A stretch of 64,000 nt of DNA, taken from the NCBI GenBank assembly GCA_035084275.1, contig CM068746.1:23746001-23810000 (forward strand). Reading direction: 5' to 3'. The stretch comes from Hydrolagus colliei. Its lineage: Eukaryota. The notes under the pieces were generated by a model. The model did not search any database. It was not told the origin of the DNA and was given only the letters and a program-made list of their open reading frames with translations. Position numbers and translations under genes: made by a program. This document shows positions 57,001 to 63,729 of this stretch, one piece after another (positions within the stretch are counted from its first letter, which is position 1; each line of letters opens with the position of its first letter).

Positions 57001-60000
57001 CAAATCTGTTCAATATATCAATAACCGACTGCTAATCGCAACAATAACAAAATTACACTTGTATAACGCCTTTCACGTCAGGTGGAATGTCCCAAGGAGG
57101 TGGACAATCACTGTGTCAGATCTGAGCTGGGGACGGGGTGGGGAGAGAAGTGGGGGATTAGGAGTTGCAAATGGGACTTGAGGAGGAGAGTTTTGAGGCG
57201 GACTTGAAGGAGGCCTGTTGAGGCCTCCTTCTGTTGAGCAGTTTCCTGTTGAGCATTCAGTAGTTTCACAAATTATTCTCCTCAGGCTGCTTACAGTAAG
57301 AATCTCATTTTCTCAGCAATATACATACATTTCAATGAGAACAATTAAGGTGAAATTCACCTGACTCCTCCTTTTGTAACTTGATGGCCAATAATAATTA
57401 TTTCTTCTTCATTTGGAAAAAACAAGCTGATGGATCTTGAGCATGAGTATGAGGAGGTGCATGCCGCACTATTATGGACCTGAACATACAGGAAAAAGCA
57501 AGGCATTAAGACCAATAACTTGATTTAACTGGAACATGGTTGTTCTTGTTTTCCAATAGCTGAGTGAGGAAGTGTTTCAGCCTGCGCCCATTAATGTTTA
57601 CTGTGGGATGTTGTCTCAATCAGTTTCAATGCACCTGGTTGATGCAGCGATCAGCTCGGCTGATAGACATGCATGTCTAAGGACACAGTCAGTGCAGTGA
57701 AACTGTGAATGCCTCTTGAAATCAGAATTTGATTGCTGAGCAATACAGTAGTTGTATGATGTTTGATCCCTGTTGATAGGCTAGGTTAACAGATCCCACA
57801 TGAGATGTGGAAATTATTATTATTATTATGTGTTAGAGAAGGGGAAAGTCAAGCCTCCTTGCCATTCCAGATCATTATCCGGTGATCACTGCTGAAACAT
57901 AGGCATTGTGTGAGGGCGACATTAGGCTCAGCTACAACATGTTCTACAATCAAATACAGTAGTCAGCCAACACTGTCCAAGCTTCAAAACGTGTTACCAG
58001 TGCCCACAGGAAATTATTCCAGCAGGAAGGAGATGAGGAAAATTAGAAAATTAAAACATAGCATTTTTAATAGAGACAATGTAATAGATTTAATGACACT
58101 GTACCTGCACCACATACTGAGGCTGTGTTGTCCTGCAGTCCTTTACAAGAACGTAGGAACATTTTCCAGGAAAGTAAAAATAAACGCCATCAAAGGTTTC
58201 AAAATTGTGTTGGCCCCACGATCTGCAAATTCCTTCTTTGTGTTCAGCCATGTTTGAAACTAATAAAATAAAAGTTAGAACATTTGGATTGCATTCGAAT
58301 AATGTGCACAATTGCACAGGTTAAAATAAAAAATGAAAATAGATATACTTAGAAGCAGTTTGCTAAATTCAACAATTAACATTAGATCATATTCGGTAAC
58401 TATAGCAATACTTTTGCGGCATTTATTATGGGCATTCCTATCAGCACACCAAAATAAACGTTTCCACAAGGACATTGCTGGCTCGCATGACTTCAATCGC
58501 ACTGAGTTTGGCCTGGGACACATTGCTGGTGGTAGATTTCGGCGAAGTTTTATGACTGTAACGCTACCTGATCTCCTAAATCTTCATTGTCAATGTGGCT
58601 AGATTTAAAAACAAACTAAACTTCCGTGAAAGGGGCAGTGTTCCATCTGCTAGTTCTAGGATACCACACTTTGATCAGCACAAAATTTGCCCAAATTTAT
58701 GTCATTTAGTAAAAAGGAAAAATATCCCACAATACAATCTGATACCTACCTGTCTGACAACGACTTCCATTGCCTTGAACTTCACTGCAGTCACAAGTAC
58801 CATCCTCACCACAGAAGCCACCATTTAGACAGTCTTGAGGGCAAAGATCTGGAAGATCACAGTTTAAAGAAACTACGTTTGGGTTCACAGACCAAGAACA
58901 ACATGAACAATATGTAACATGTAATGTGTAACATGAACAACAAGATACAACATGGTTTAGATTTTTAAATATGTTAAACATTACCCCCACCACCCCCCAT
59001 CCTCAGTTCCCCCCACACAGCCCTCCCACCCACACTGCCCACTATGAGATGAAAGTTACTGTATTAACATATTAACATACTGTATTAACATAAATTGTTG
59101 TTGTTGTTGTCAAATGTTCTCTCTTCCAAAACAGGGACATGACCATTCTTTAGTCTTAGTCCAGATACCAATGCACAAATAAATGAGCACCTGGACATAG
59201 TGGGCAGAAAACAAATACGATTTTGCACCTAATTAATGCAGAGGAAAGAATGTCAATGATTAAAATCAATTGTTATTTCTAAATTCTGGGATTTCTCGGT
59301 GGGTATGAATTTCCACACACTGGGCTTGCAGAATAATAATTGTGGATGAGGGAAAGTCACACGATTGACTGTAACTGTGCTGTACCTTCAAGATAAGGTA
59401 GACTTGTGTTGTAAGAAGTACTTCTACGGGCTCGGTGAGCAGCAAGACTTGTTCTGTAATTCTGTAGGAAGTTAAAGAACAGTGCATCACTTAAAAATTC
59501 AATGCAAGAATCCGGAATGAAGTACAGGTTCGGATTAATTCAATGAGATTGGCAAACATTCCTTTGGGTTCAGTGTAACCTATTCTGATCGGAACAGGAT
59601 TGTACCGTTTGCTCAGCTGAGTTTTGTCCATCATTTTATTTCCTCCTGGCAGATCCTTTATTCCAATGTTATGCCATTAACCATTGACGTAGGCTGTTCT
59701 TAAAATAATCTCCCCCATGTTATTCAAAATGTTTCACATTATATACTGTATTATCCTTGCTCGTCGCTGATGTTGCTTCGCTCCTCTGCTTTCTGGGGTG
59801 TGTGGCTGCTCCAGTTATTGTATTGAAACCAGCACCATCCTCATTGTAATCATGTATTAGGGGTAAGTTTGTTGTAAATTGACAAATTGAACCCATTTTG
59901 GATACGGACGTGTTCATTTAGAAATTTGGCACTAACATCTAAATTCATGGTACTGTATTAACTATTACCATTATACATAGATGTACTGGAAACAATCCAC

Positions 60001-61944
60001 TCTACTGTTCCTTTTGGAAATCTGTTCATACATAAAGTAACACATAGACTTGAACTTTTCATTCATTCAAGCTATTCTTGTTTGTGGAAATGGTTAAATA
60101 ATTGAAGAAAAATAATCAAACTTTATTGCCGTACCTTGTCCTGGGGGGTGAAAATAGAAAAAATATATATAATCAATAATTTGATTTTGTATTTATTGCT
60201 TTTTAAAATTATCTTATACAAATCAATGCAAGTTTTTATATCTATTCTCGGTAGAAATATATATTTAATATTTCATTATATTGTCTTATTTTGCTCATCA
60301 TATTTTAAATGTTTGCAACATACTGTGCTTTAAGAATATATTAAAATATTATTTGTGAATTAGTTTGGATTCATGTTGCTCTTCTTATCCATTACAACCT
60401 TATCTCGGTTGCCTTTTTACATATTTTTCACTAATATCCTCAAAAGCCATTCTCAATGGCTATATTGTAACCTACCCCAATTACTTACAATTGGCTTCGG
60501 TATTACCAATAGTGCAGAAGGCATTAGATTTCATAAGACTGGGTGTAAATTAGCAACCGAAACGTAATTGAACATGTCTTAATCAAGCAAGAGCCCTGAA
60601 ACCTCAGCTCCTAAGTATTTTTTCTTGCTGCGACACAAAGAAACCTTTATGAAGTAGGATTTGATCCTACTTTGTGCTATAGTGTACCTCTTCAGCTGGG
60701 AGATCCCGTTTCTGACGAAATGCATTCAACCTGCTCCTGTAAGAGAAACAGTAGCATGTTATACCAAAAAAACTAAATCGATCTGCGTTTTTTTTATATC
60801 AAAGACAGATACTTTAAACCAACGAATTCCAAAGGAAATCAGACATTGCTATTTGCCCGAACAGTTTAAATGTCACATTGTTGTGAATTCCATTTGCATT
60901 ACAAGCTTATCGCTGGCTCGCTGATTACCTTTTTAATCTGTTCTGTCCGAGCCCTGTCAGATCACAATACGATCCTGCCAAAACAAGATGTTGCTCGTCA
61001 ATATTATTCCACATCCACGTTCATTTGCGACTCTGCGTTACGCCGCAAATACAGTAAGTGTTTCAATCTCTGTTCCCCTGACTCGTAAACTCTACCAGAC
61101 AGGATACAGGAACAATATTGTTACAGAAAGAGACGAAAGAAATGTGAAATCTGAAATAGAGTAAAACATACCGGAATAGCAGCCGATAGACCAGTTGCCC
61201 CCAGATACACAGCCTACCATTTACAGGTAGATCTTCATTGGAAGATTTTGTGAAACTTTATTTTTATTTTTGTTGTATTTTAGCAGCAATTTTTCTCACT
61301 GTGCAATGTTGTGTAAAAAAAACAATGAGATAAATACTGCCACATTGTGTTGCGTGTTGGTAGACAACTATTTTCATCTCCACCAAGGATTCAACGCTCG
61401 GTAGTCATACATTGTGGTTCCTAGGGTTCTCTGTGGCTATCGCCCCCTCACTGATTGTGCATTATATACGTGGAATATTCTCTATTTATCTTTGTCCTTT
61501 GCAATAGAAGAGTGACTGAGGAACACCACTCACACATACATTTTCACCGTTAAGTAAAATTGGTTTAGCGTTTCTAACCATTATTATTAATAATATAATA
61601 ATTAATAACAATAAATAATAACCATTGTTATTGGCGAAGATAACTTTTTTTGCAAAAAGGAAATCGCGAATATTAAATCACACACCTAACCCACTTAAGT
61701 GACAACCACATCGCCGATTTAATTTAGTTTTAAAGAATCCTTACTTTTTACACCTACCCAAATTGTGTTGCTTGCCCTGAGCTCTTTCACAGCTATTCCT
61801 GTGATAGTCGGTACAGTGTTGGCTTCCAACTTTGCTGAAGTACAGTATACGCAATAGTGTCTTACCTTGAAACAACTGAAGAAGTGAATAGAGCAACAGC
61901 ACACGCCAGGGTATCATTAATTTCAGTCGAGGAGCAATGTTCAT
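1..61944 (-). CDS. otogl: Otogelin-like protein gene, 57 coding exons traced, 3' end truncated by window edge
   Basis: Phase-consistent GT-AG exon chain totalling 7953 nt. Motifs [77 protein letters not shown] and LGEGPYM match OTOGL (recalled) better than OTOG. 4 VWD + AbfB + CTCK architecture. Confidence 0.85.
652..800 (-). mobile_element. SINE 3' fragment; further copies near 1664, 2372, 6535, 9937, 10645, 15720, 24435, 33704, 38990, 42430, 45312, 48670
   Basis: Recurrent motif aataatccttgcatttgatatagcg...catctcaaagtgcttcacagaatatactgtaaagtg. Confidence 0.75.
1220..1299 (-). CDS. otogl: otogl exon 56, CTCK start ([27 protein letters not shown])
   Basis: 80 nt, phase 1 to 0. Confidence 0.92.
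2500..2770 (+). mobile_element. Old degenerate CR1-like reverse transcriptase fragment
   Basis: tttgcagatgac (FADD) followed by a gaattttaatacaattcaattcaag LEFN/KC-like segment. Confidence 0.5.
4528..4573 (-). CDS. otogl: otogl exon 55 ([15 protein letters not shown])
   Basis: Phase 0 to 1. Confidence 0.92.
5314..5433 (-). CDS. otogl: otogl exon 54 ([14 protein letters not shown]...[12 protein letters not shown])
   Basis: Phase 0-0. Confidence 0.92.
5978..6082 (-). CDS. otogl: otogl exon 53 ([22 protein letters not shown])
   Basis: Phase 0-0. Confidence 0.92.
6776..6954 (-). CDS. otogl: otogl exon 52 ([20 protein letters not shown])
   Basis: Phase 1 to 0. Confidence 0.93.
7285..7348 (-). 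CDS. otogl: otogl exon 51 ([21 protein letters not shown])
   Basis: Phase 0 to 1. Confidence 0.9.
7588..8354. mobile_element. Non-autonomous Tc1/mariner (pogo/Tigger-like) MITE
   Basis: Imperfect TIRs CAGTAAAAACCCGTTTATCC and revcomp CAGTAAAAGGCTGTTTATCC; TA on both sides (7586-87, 8355-56); subterminal TAACCGG motifs; no transposase ORF. Confidence 0.8.
7841..8030 (+). repeat. G/GA-rich low-complexity tract with G21 run (7891-7911)
   Basis: Direct inspection. Confidence 0.9.
8719..8759 (-). CDS. otogl: otogl exon 50 ([13 protein letters not shown])
   Basis: 41 nt, phase 1 to 0. Confidence 0.9.
8858..8962 (-). CDS. otogl: otogl exon 49 ([13 protein letters not shown]...CCPEWQC)
   Basis: Phase 1-1. 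Confidence 0.92.
9687..9788 (-). CDS. otogl: otogl exon 48 ([15 protein letters not shown]...CCPLYHC)
   Basis: Phase 1-1. Confidence 0.92.
10414..10521 (-). CDS. otogl: otogl exon 47, Cys-rich ([24 protein letters not shown])
   Basis: Phase 1-1. Confidence 0.92.
11157..11261 (-). CDS. otogl: otogl exon 46, Cys-rich (CNLTIC...SCCPDYRC)
   Basis: Phase 1-1. Confidence 0.92.
11698..11910 (-). CDS. otogl: otogl exon 45 ([17 protein letters not shown]...CEREGEVV)
   Basis: Phase 1-1. Confidence 0.93.
12315..12506 (-). CDS. otogl: otogl exon 44, TIL ([21 protein letters not shown])
   Basis: Phase 1-1. Confidence 0.93.
13062..13200 (-). CDS. otogl: otogl exon 43, C8 ([13 protein letters not shown]...[10 protein letters not shown])
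   Basis: Phase 0 to 1, AAG acceptor. Confidence 0.93.
13452..13575 (+). mobile_element. L2-type 3' end fragment
   Basis: ctctttgaccgcgc...gcgctctacaaatgcaagttgttgttg. Confidence 0.7.
14278..14498 (-). CDS. otogl: otogl exon 42 ([16 protein letters not shown]...IGLFLESW)
   Basis: Phase 1 to 0. Confidence 0.93.
14880..15069 (-). CDS. otogl: otogl exon 41, VWD4 ([18 protein letters not shown]...TKGLC)
   Basis: Phase 0 to 1. Confidence 0.94.
15903..15992 (-). CDS. otogl: otogl exon 40 ([30 protein letters not shown])
   Basis: GLCFKKLN motif, phase 0-0, GAG acceptor. Confidence 0.88.
16100..16123 (-). CDS. otogl: otogl exon 39, 24-nt mini-exon (SANSIRRP)
   Basis: ttgcag acceptor, gtaagt donor, phase 0-0. 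Confidence 0.8.
16456..16598 (-). CDS. otogl: otogl exon 38, VWD4 start ([16 protein letters not shown])
   Basis: Phase 1 to 0. Confidence 0.94.
17304..17397 (-). CDS. otogl: otogl exon 37 ([31 protein letters not shown]); 5' boundary may extend to 17478
   Basis: Strong acceptor tttctttgcag, phase 0 to 1; alternative in-frame acceptor 81 nt upstream. Confidence 0.8.
17480..17640 (+). mobile_element. SINE 3' half, same family
   Basis: tttgtgggac...aattggctgcc...gtgaagtgctttgaga. Confidence 0.75.
17820..18116 (-). mobile_element. tRNA-derived L2-tailed SINE, near full length
   Basis: (AAT)n tail, catctcaaagtgcttcac core, tRNA-like head (revcomp of cttgaacccacaaccttctgattcagagataagagtgctacc). 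Confidence 0.8.
18301..19511 (-). CDS. otogl: otogl exon 36, 1211-nt Thr/Ser/Pro-rich mucin-like domain
   Basis: Lies within the 412-aa ORF. Acceptor tttattgtag completes a Cys codon (T|GT); donor ATA|gtatga; phase 1 to 0 fits both neighbours. Confidence 0.9.
20404..20483 (-). CDS. otogl: otogl exon 35 ([26 protein letters not shown])
   Basis: Phase 2 to 1. Confidence 0.92.
20700..21090 (-). mobile_element. SINE, same family, with tRNA-like head
   Basis: cacagcaatgtccca core, tttgaacccacaatcaccggactcaaaggc head. Confidence 0.7.
21311..21575 (-). mobile_element. L2 LINE 3' fragment
   Basis: LWNAIPQSL...[10 protein letters not shown] on minus strand, (CAA)n tail. Confidence 0.88.
21821..21955 (+). 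mobile_element. Short SINE: tRNA-like head fused to L2 tail
   Basis: A box tagctcagtagttgg, B box ggtttgattccc, then gggacatcctcctgacgtgaaaggtgctatacaaatgcaaattgttgttg. Confidence 0.8.
21984..22101 (-). CDS. otogl: otogl exon 34 ([24 protein letters not shown])
   Basis: Phase 1 to 2. Confidence 0.93.
23225..23557 (-). mobile_element. SINE body plus tRNA-like head
   Basis: ccttgcatttgatgtagcgc tail; head revcomp gtcctgtagctcaatggttagaacgcg...ggttcaattcc. Confidence 0.75.
24655..25290 (+). mobile_element. L2 LINE 3' fragment
   Basis: [58 protein letters not shown], ending in a (TTG)n tail. Confidence 0.92.
28280..28475 (+). mobile_element. SINE with extra 3' flank
   Basis: Core matches other copies; shares post-tail sequence with the 52250 copy. 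Confidence 0.8.
28780..29058 (-). CDS. otogl: otogl exon 33, AbfB-like ([13 protein letters not shown])
   Basis: Otogelin-family AbfB motif, phase 1-1. Confidence 0.95.
29360..29527 (-). CDS. otogl: otogl exon 32, AbfB-like region (LGEGPYM...FMITPGLYK)
   Basis: Phase 1-1. Confidence 0.94.
30062..30088 (-). CDS. otogl: otogl exon 31, 27-nt mini-exon (FDCEYYNR)
   Basis: DCEYYN motif, phase 1-1, GT-AG. Confidence 0.92.
31310..31625 (+). mobile_element. L2 LINE internal ORF2 fragment
   Basis: [30 protein letters not shown]. Confidence 0.85.
32039..32195 (-). CDS. otogl: otogl exon 30, C8 ([26 protein letters not shown])
   Basis: GGDCECFC motif of the VWF/mucin family, phase 0 to 1. Confidence 0.95.
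33239..33355 (-). CDS. otogl: otogl exon 29, C8 ([21 protein letters not shown])
   Basis: Phase 0-0. Confidence 0.94.
34130..34249 (-). CDS. otogl: otogl exon 28, VWD3 ([19 protein letters not shown]...FGDSWALGQ)
   Basis: Phase 0-0. Confidence 0.95.
34680..35095 (-). mobile_element. Cluster of SINE fragments
   Basis: ttctagacgtctcaaagtgc and ccttgcatttgatat motifs, tRNA-like head fragment near 34930-34980. Confidence 0.75.
35323..35469 (-). CDS. otogl: otogl exon 27, VWD3 ([13 protein letters not shown]...[17 protein letters not shown])
   Basis: Phase 0-0. Confidence 0.93.
36164..36298 (-). CDS. otogl: otogl exon 26, VWD3 ([19 protein letters not shown])
   Basis: Phase 0-0. Confidence 0.93.
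36810..37485 (+). mobile_element. Two adjacent L2 3' fragments
   Basis: tggaactccatccc...ttcaag..ctcaaaac motifs, each ending in (TTG)n. Confidence 0.8.
39488..40289 (-). mobile_element. CR1 LINE 3' fragment (degenerate ORF2 C-terminus plus 3'UTR)
   Basis: Translations MEYNVGKC..., [44 protein letters not shown] are CR1 ORF2 hallmarks; frameshifted. Confidence 0.92.
41930..42180 (+). mobile_element. L2 3' fragment
   Basis: gcctttagctcc...cttccttttgacc...gtgaagggcactatc tail. Confidence 0.7.
43132..43270 (-). CDS. otogl: otogl exon 25, VWD3 start ([19 protein letters not shown])
   Basis: Phase 2 to 0. Confidence 0.95.
44496..44603 (-). CDS. otogl: otogl exon 24 ([27 protein letters not shown])
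   Basis: Phase 2-2. Confidence 0.93.
44945..45116 (-). CDS. otogl: otogl exon 23, TIL ([10 protein letters not shown]...CETTCENL...SGCVCPP)
   Basis: Phase 1 to 2. Confidence 0.93.
45248..45291 (-). CDS. otogl: otogl exon 22 ([14 protein letters not shown])
   Basis: 44 nt, phase 2 to 1. Confidence 0.9.
45727..45801 (-). CDS. otogl: otogl exon 21 ([24 protein letters not shown])
   Basis: 75 nt, phase 2-2, strong acceptor. Confidence 0.92.
46598..46763 (-). CDS. otogl: otogl exon 20, TIL ([14 protein letters not shown])
   Basis: Phase 1 to 2. Confidence 0.94.
47599..47811 (-). CDS. otogl: otogl exon 19, C8 ([30 protein letters not shown])
   Basis: Phase 1-1. Confidence 0.93.
47947..48071 (-). 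CDS. otogl: otogl exon 18 ([18 protein letters not shown])
   Basis: Phase 2 to 1, AAG acceptor. Confidence 0.93.
48862..49140 (+). mobile_element. L2 3' fragment
   Basis: [23 protein letters not shown]. Confidence 0.85.
49325..49502 (-). CDS. otogl: otogl exon 17, VWD2 ([16 protein letters not shown])
   Basis: Phase 1 to 2. Confidence 0.95.
49745..49877 (-). CDS. otogl: otogl exon 16, VWD2 ([28 protein letters not shown])
   Basis: 133 nt, phase 0 to 1. Confidence 0.92.
51075..51220 (-). CDS. otogl: otogl exon 15, VWD2 start ([15 protein letters not shown])
   Basis: VWD motif, phase 1 to 0. Confidence 0.95.
51404..51450 (-). CDS. otogl: otogl exon 14 ([15 protein letters not shown])
   Basis: 47 nt, phase 2 to 1. 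Confidence 0.93.
51700..51808 (-). CDS. otogl: otogl exon 13 ([20 protein letters not shown])
   Basis: Phase 1 to 2. Confidence 0.93.
52250..52433 (+). mobile_element. SINE with extra 3' flank and second tail
   Basis: Same as the 28280 copy, followed by atcaaatgcaagg(TTA)n. Confidence 0.8.
52527..52652 (-). CDS. otogl: otogl exon 12, TIL ([33 protein letters not shown])
   Basis: TIL Cys pattern, phase 1-1, AAG acceptor. Confidence 0.93.
52900..53180 (-). mobile_element. SINE 5' half with tRNA-like head
   Basis: tgactcacaggtgagagtgctacc, acctgatcagggaagcacg...gtctcatcgaaagga. Confidence 0.65.
53982..54088 (-). CDS. otogl: otogl exon 11, C8 ([35 protein letters not shown])
   Basis: Phase 2 to 1, OTOGL-like motif. 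Confidence 0.95.
54118..54600 (-). mobile_element. Degenerate L2 3' fragment
   Basis: gagttccag, gctgaaagc and aggatcttaaaattgatcc are reverse complements of L2 motifs seen at 24.9-25.1 kb. Confidence 0.7.
54718..54824 (-). CDS. otogl: otogl exon 10, C8 ([31 protein letters not shown])
   Basis: C8 Cys pattern, phase 0 to 2. Confidence 0.93.
54955..55145 (+). mobile_element. CR1 LINE 3' end, same family as 39488-40289
   Basis: attcaagactgagattgacag...gatcagccatgatc...tggcctactcctgct matches the reverse complement of the 39.5 kb copy. Confidence 0.88.
55536..55663 (-). CDS. otogl: otogl exon 9 ([11 protein letters not shown]...FPSPC)
   Basis: FGNSW VWD end, phase 1 to 0. Confidence 0.93.
56288..56493 (-). 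CDS. otogl: otogl exon 8, VWD1 ([19 protein letters not shown]...KSCGLCGN)
   Basis: CGLCG motif, phase 2 to 1. Confidence 0.95.
56658..56723. repeat. Perfect 33-bp tandem duplication
   Basis: ctttattttataattgcaacaaatgctcaaacg x2. Confidence 0.95.
57040..57215 (-). mobile_element. L2 3' end fragment
   Basis: gcctttcacgtcagg...gaggaggagagttttgaggcggacttgaaggagg. Confidence 0.7.
57361..57479 (-). CDS. otogl: otogl exon 7, VWD1 ([21 protein letters not shown])
   Basis: GT-AG, phase 0 to 2. Confidence 0.93.
58105..58259 (-). CDS. otogl: otogl exon 6, VWD1 start ([16 protein letters not shown])
   Basis: VWD TFDG motif, GT-AG, phase 1 to 0. Confidence 0.95.
58750..58848 (-). CDS. otogl: otogl exon 5, EGF-like ([32 protein letters not shown])
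   Basis: EGF Cys spacing, 99 nt, phase 1-1. Confidence 0.93.
59386..59461 (-). CDS. otogl: otogl exon 4 ([25 protein letters not shown])
   Basis: Acceptor tctttaacttcctacag, donor AAG|gtacag, phase 0 to 1 bridges exon 3 to the EGF exon. Confidence 0.7.
60688..60736 (-). CDS. otogl: otogl exon 3 ([17 protein letters not shown])
   Basis: Acceptor tttctcttacag, donor GAG|gtacac, phase 2 to 0, RQKR motif as in OTOGL. Confidence 0.8.
60929..60974 (-). CDS. otogl: otogl exon 2 ([15 protein letters not shown])
   Basis: Acceptor tcttgttttggcag, donor AG|gtaatc, phase 1 to 2. Confidence 0.7.
61866..61944 (-). CDS. otogl: otogl coding exon 1, signal peptide [26 protein letters not shown]
   Basis: ATG at 61944, second in-frame ATG at 61917, hydrophobic core, donor AG|gtaaga, phase 1. 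Confidence 0.85.
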
Positions 61945-63729
61945 CTCAGTAGGACTTCGCTGTGAACCCAAACAGTCAAGGTTCTTTCCAGACAAGTTGA
62001 ATCTAAAATACCATCTTCGACTAAATGCTCGTCAAACTTACTGCGTTTTGCTTCCAAATTTAGCAAATTCGAAGCATGGTTTGTGGGGAGGGAAAAGAGT
62101 TAAGAAACCAGCGCTGAATTCTTACGAAAACTCCTTTGATAAGAATGCAAACTCAAGTTCATTGGCAAAGAGTCCTGGCTTGGGAAAGGGCAGGGTTGTG
62201 GAAGTGACGCTAACGCAAGAACAGCCCTCAAGTGGAACTGATCCTAAATTTCGTGTCCGCCTCTCTCAAAATAAAATCCCTAGATCCTACTTATTGCAAG
62301 CTGTGAAATAAAGCAAAGTGTTCTTCACAAGCTAGTGTCCTATCATATGGGATCTCGCTAGATTGTTCACCATTCGTTTTTTTTCGCAAATATAAAGCAA
62401 CGTGTTCTTCACAAACTAAATTACAAATGTTTAAAGTTTCACCTCTGCGATGGGTATCTGACTGTTTTTAAGTTTTGTTTGTCTCTCTCGGGAGGAGCCT
62501 GTGCACCCTCCCTCCCCTGTAAACAGAAATTGAGGCACATCTCATCTAACTTAAAGAGTTTCAACTCACACAACACGAGAAAAACAGATATAGTTACACC
62601 ATCAAATGAATTGACATTGCACCAGGTATTTGCTTTAGGTTTTTATTTCGAAAAACGGTATTTCAACAGTTGAATTCTATTGCTCACAAACCGAAGGCAG
62701 TGATTATTAAACCCTAGTTTTAATACATATCTTTACGAAAGAACATGTTTTCCGGATTGTTTAGTGTTAGTTTAAACATTATGTATTATGGACCTTATCT
62801 GCCCCCAACAAAATATTTTTTTGGGGAAATTGATAAAACGTTATAAAATGTTTGGTGTAAAGAAGATAACTGACATCTTAATACTCAGTGAAAATAGCTG
62901 AACAATGATTGACCAGATGGTGACAGCTAACTCACTGCTTTTTTTAAAAAATGCAACCTTTCCCATGGCTAGATTTTAATAAATCGTACTTTTGCGAATA
63001 TATCCCAACTTCCCAATATCATTCGCGCTTTATTGTGCAAGACAAGTACTATTGGGTGGATCCTAAAAAAAAGCAGAACCCGTTTCTTTCATCTGATAAT
63101 GTGTTTGTTACTGAACCGCAAATAACTCTTTATCACCCAAGTGCTAGTCTACGAAAAACGACCTGTGCGCTGTGAGAATGTTAACATAATTTCATTGTTG
63201 AGTATGTGCTTGTTTGTCAATGATGAATGTAATGCTTTAAATAGTTTACTCCCACGGTTGTTGTATTTGAAAGGGAGATAAATGGACGAATTTATCAATT
63301 TCCTCTGAACACAAAACTTTGACCTAATTTCGTAGTATTTTCCACGCGTTATTTAACTCCTAAACCACCTTCATTAGTCAGTCAATACAATAAATAATGA
63401 ACAATACCTGCCTTCTGGAAAGCATTCAAAATTTAAAGGTATTGTCTCTAGAGAGAATCCAATAAACACTCACAATTTACGTGAAAAGTGCGTAAGATGT
63501 TTATAACATTCAGTCTGCCGGTGTTATCTCGTAAGTGAAACTTTGCACTCGTGGTGCAACAAAAAGCCACAATATTGCATATTCAGGATTGAGTTCAGAC
63601 AGTATCTATACACCACCCACTTTGTACATAGTATCTCCACTTTTAGTGTGAAGAGAAACTTGAGGAAGAGAAACTGGAGGAACTGAGCGCTTTTGTATTG
63701 GAACAGAGATTACAGGAAAAACGGAGTCT

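Larger units (their letters stand above)
60540..63550 (-). promoter_or_regulatory. Probable otogl promoter / 5' region
   Basis: Surrounds the first coding exon, almost repeat-free, visibly more CpG than the introns although AT-rich; TSS not located. Confidence 0.45.

Noticed and set aside
59745-59840. Possible extra phase 0-0 exon ([31 protein letters not shown])
   Set aside because: GAG acceptor with no pyrimidine tract and a weak donor (ACA|gtatat); not needed for frame continuity
1-61944. Calling the gene OTOG, VWF or MUC2/5
   Set aside because: No VWA domains (not VWF); AbfB-like region marks the otogelin family; N-terminal and VWD motifs favour OTOGL over OTOG
61937-62311. 124-aa divergent plus-strand ORF at the promoter
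   Set aside because: No recognisable domain or splice structure; compatible with chance
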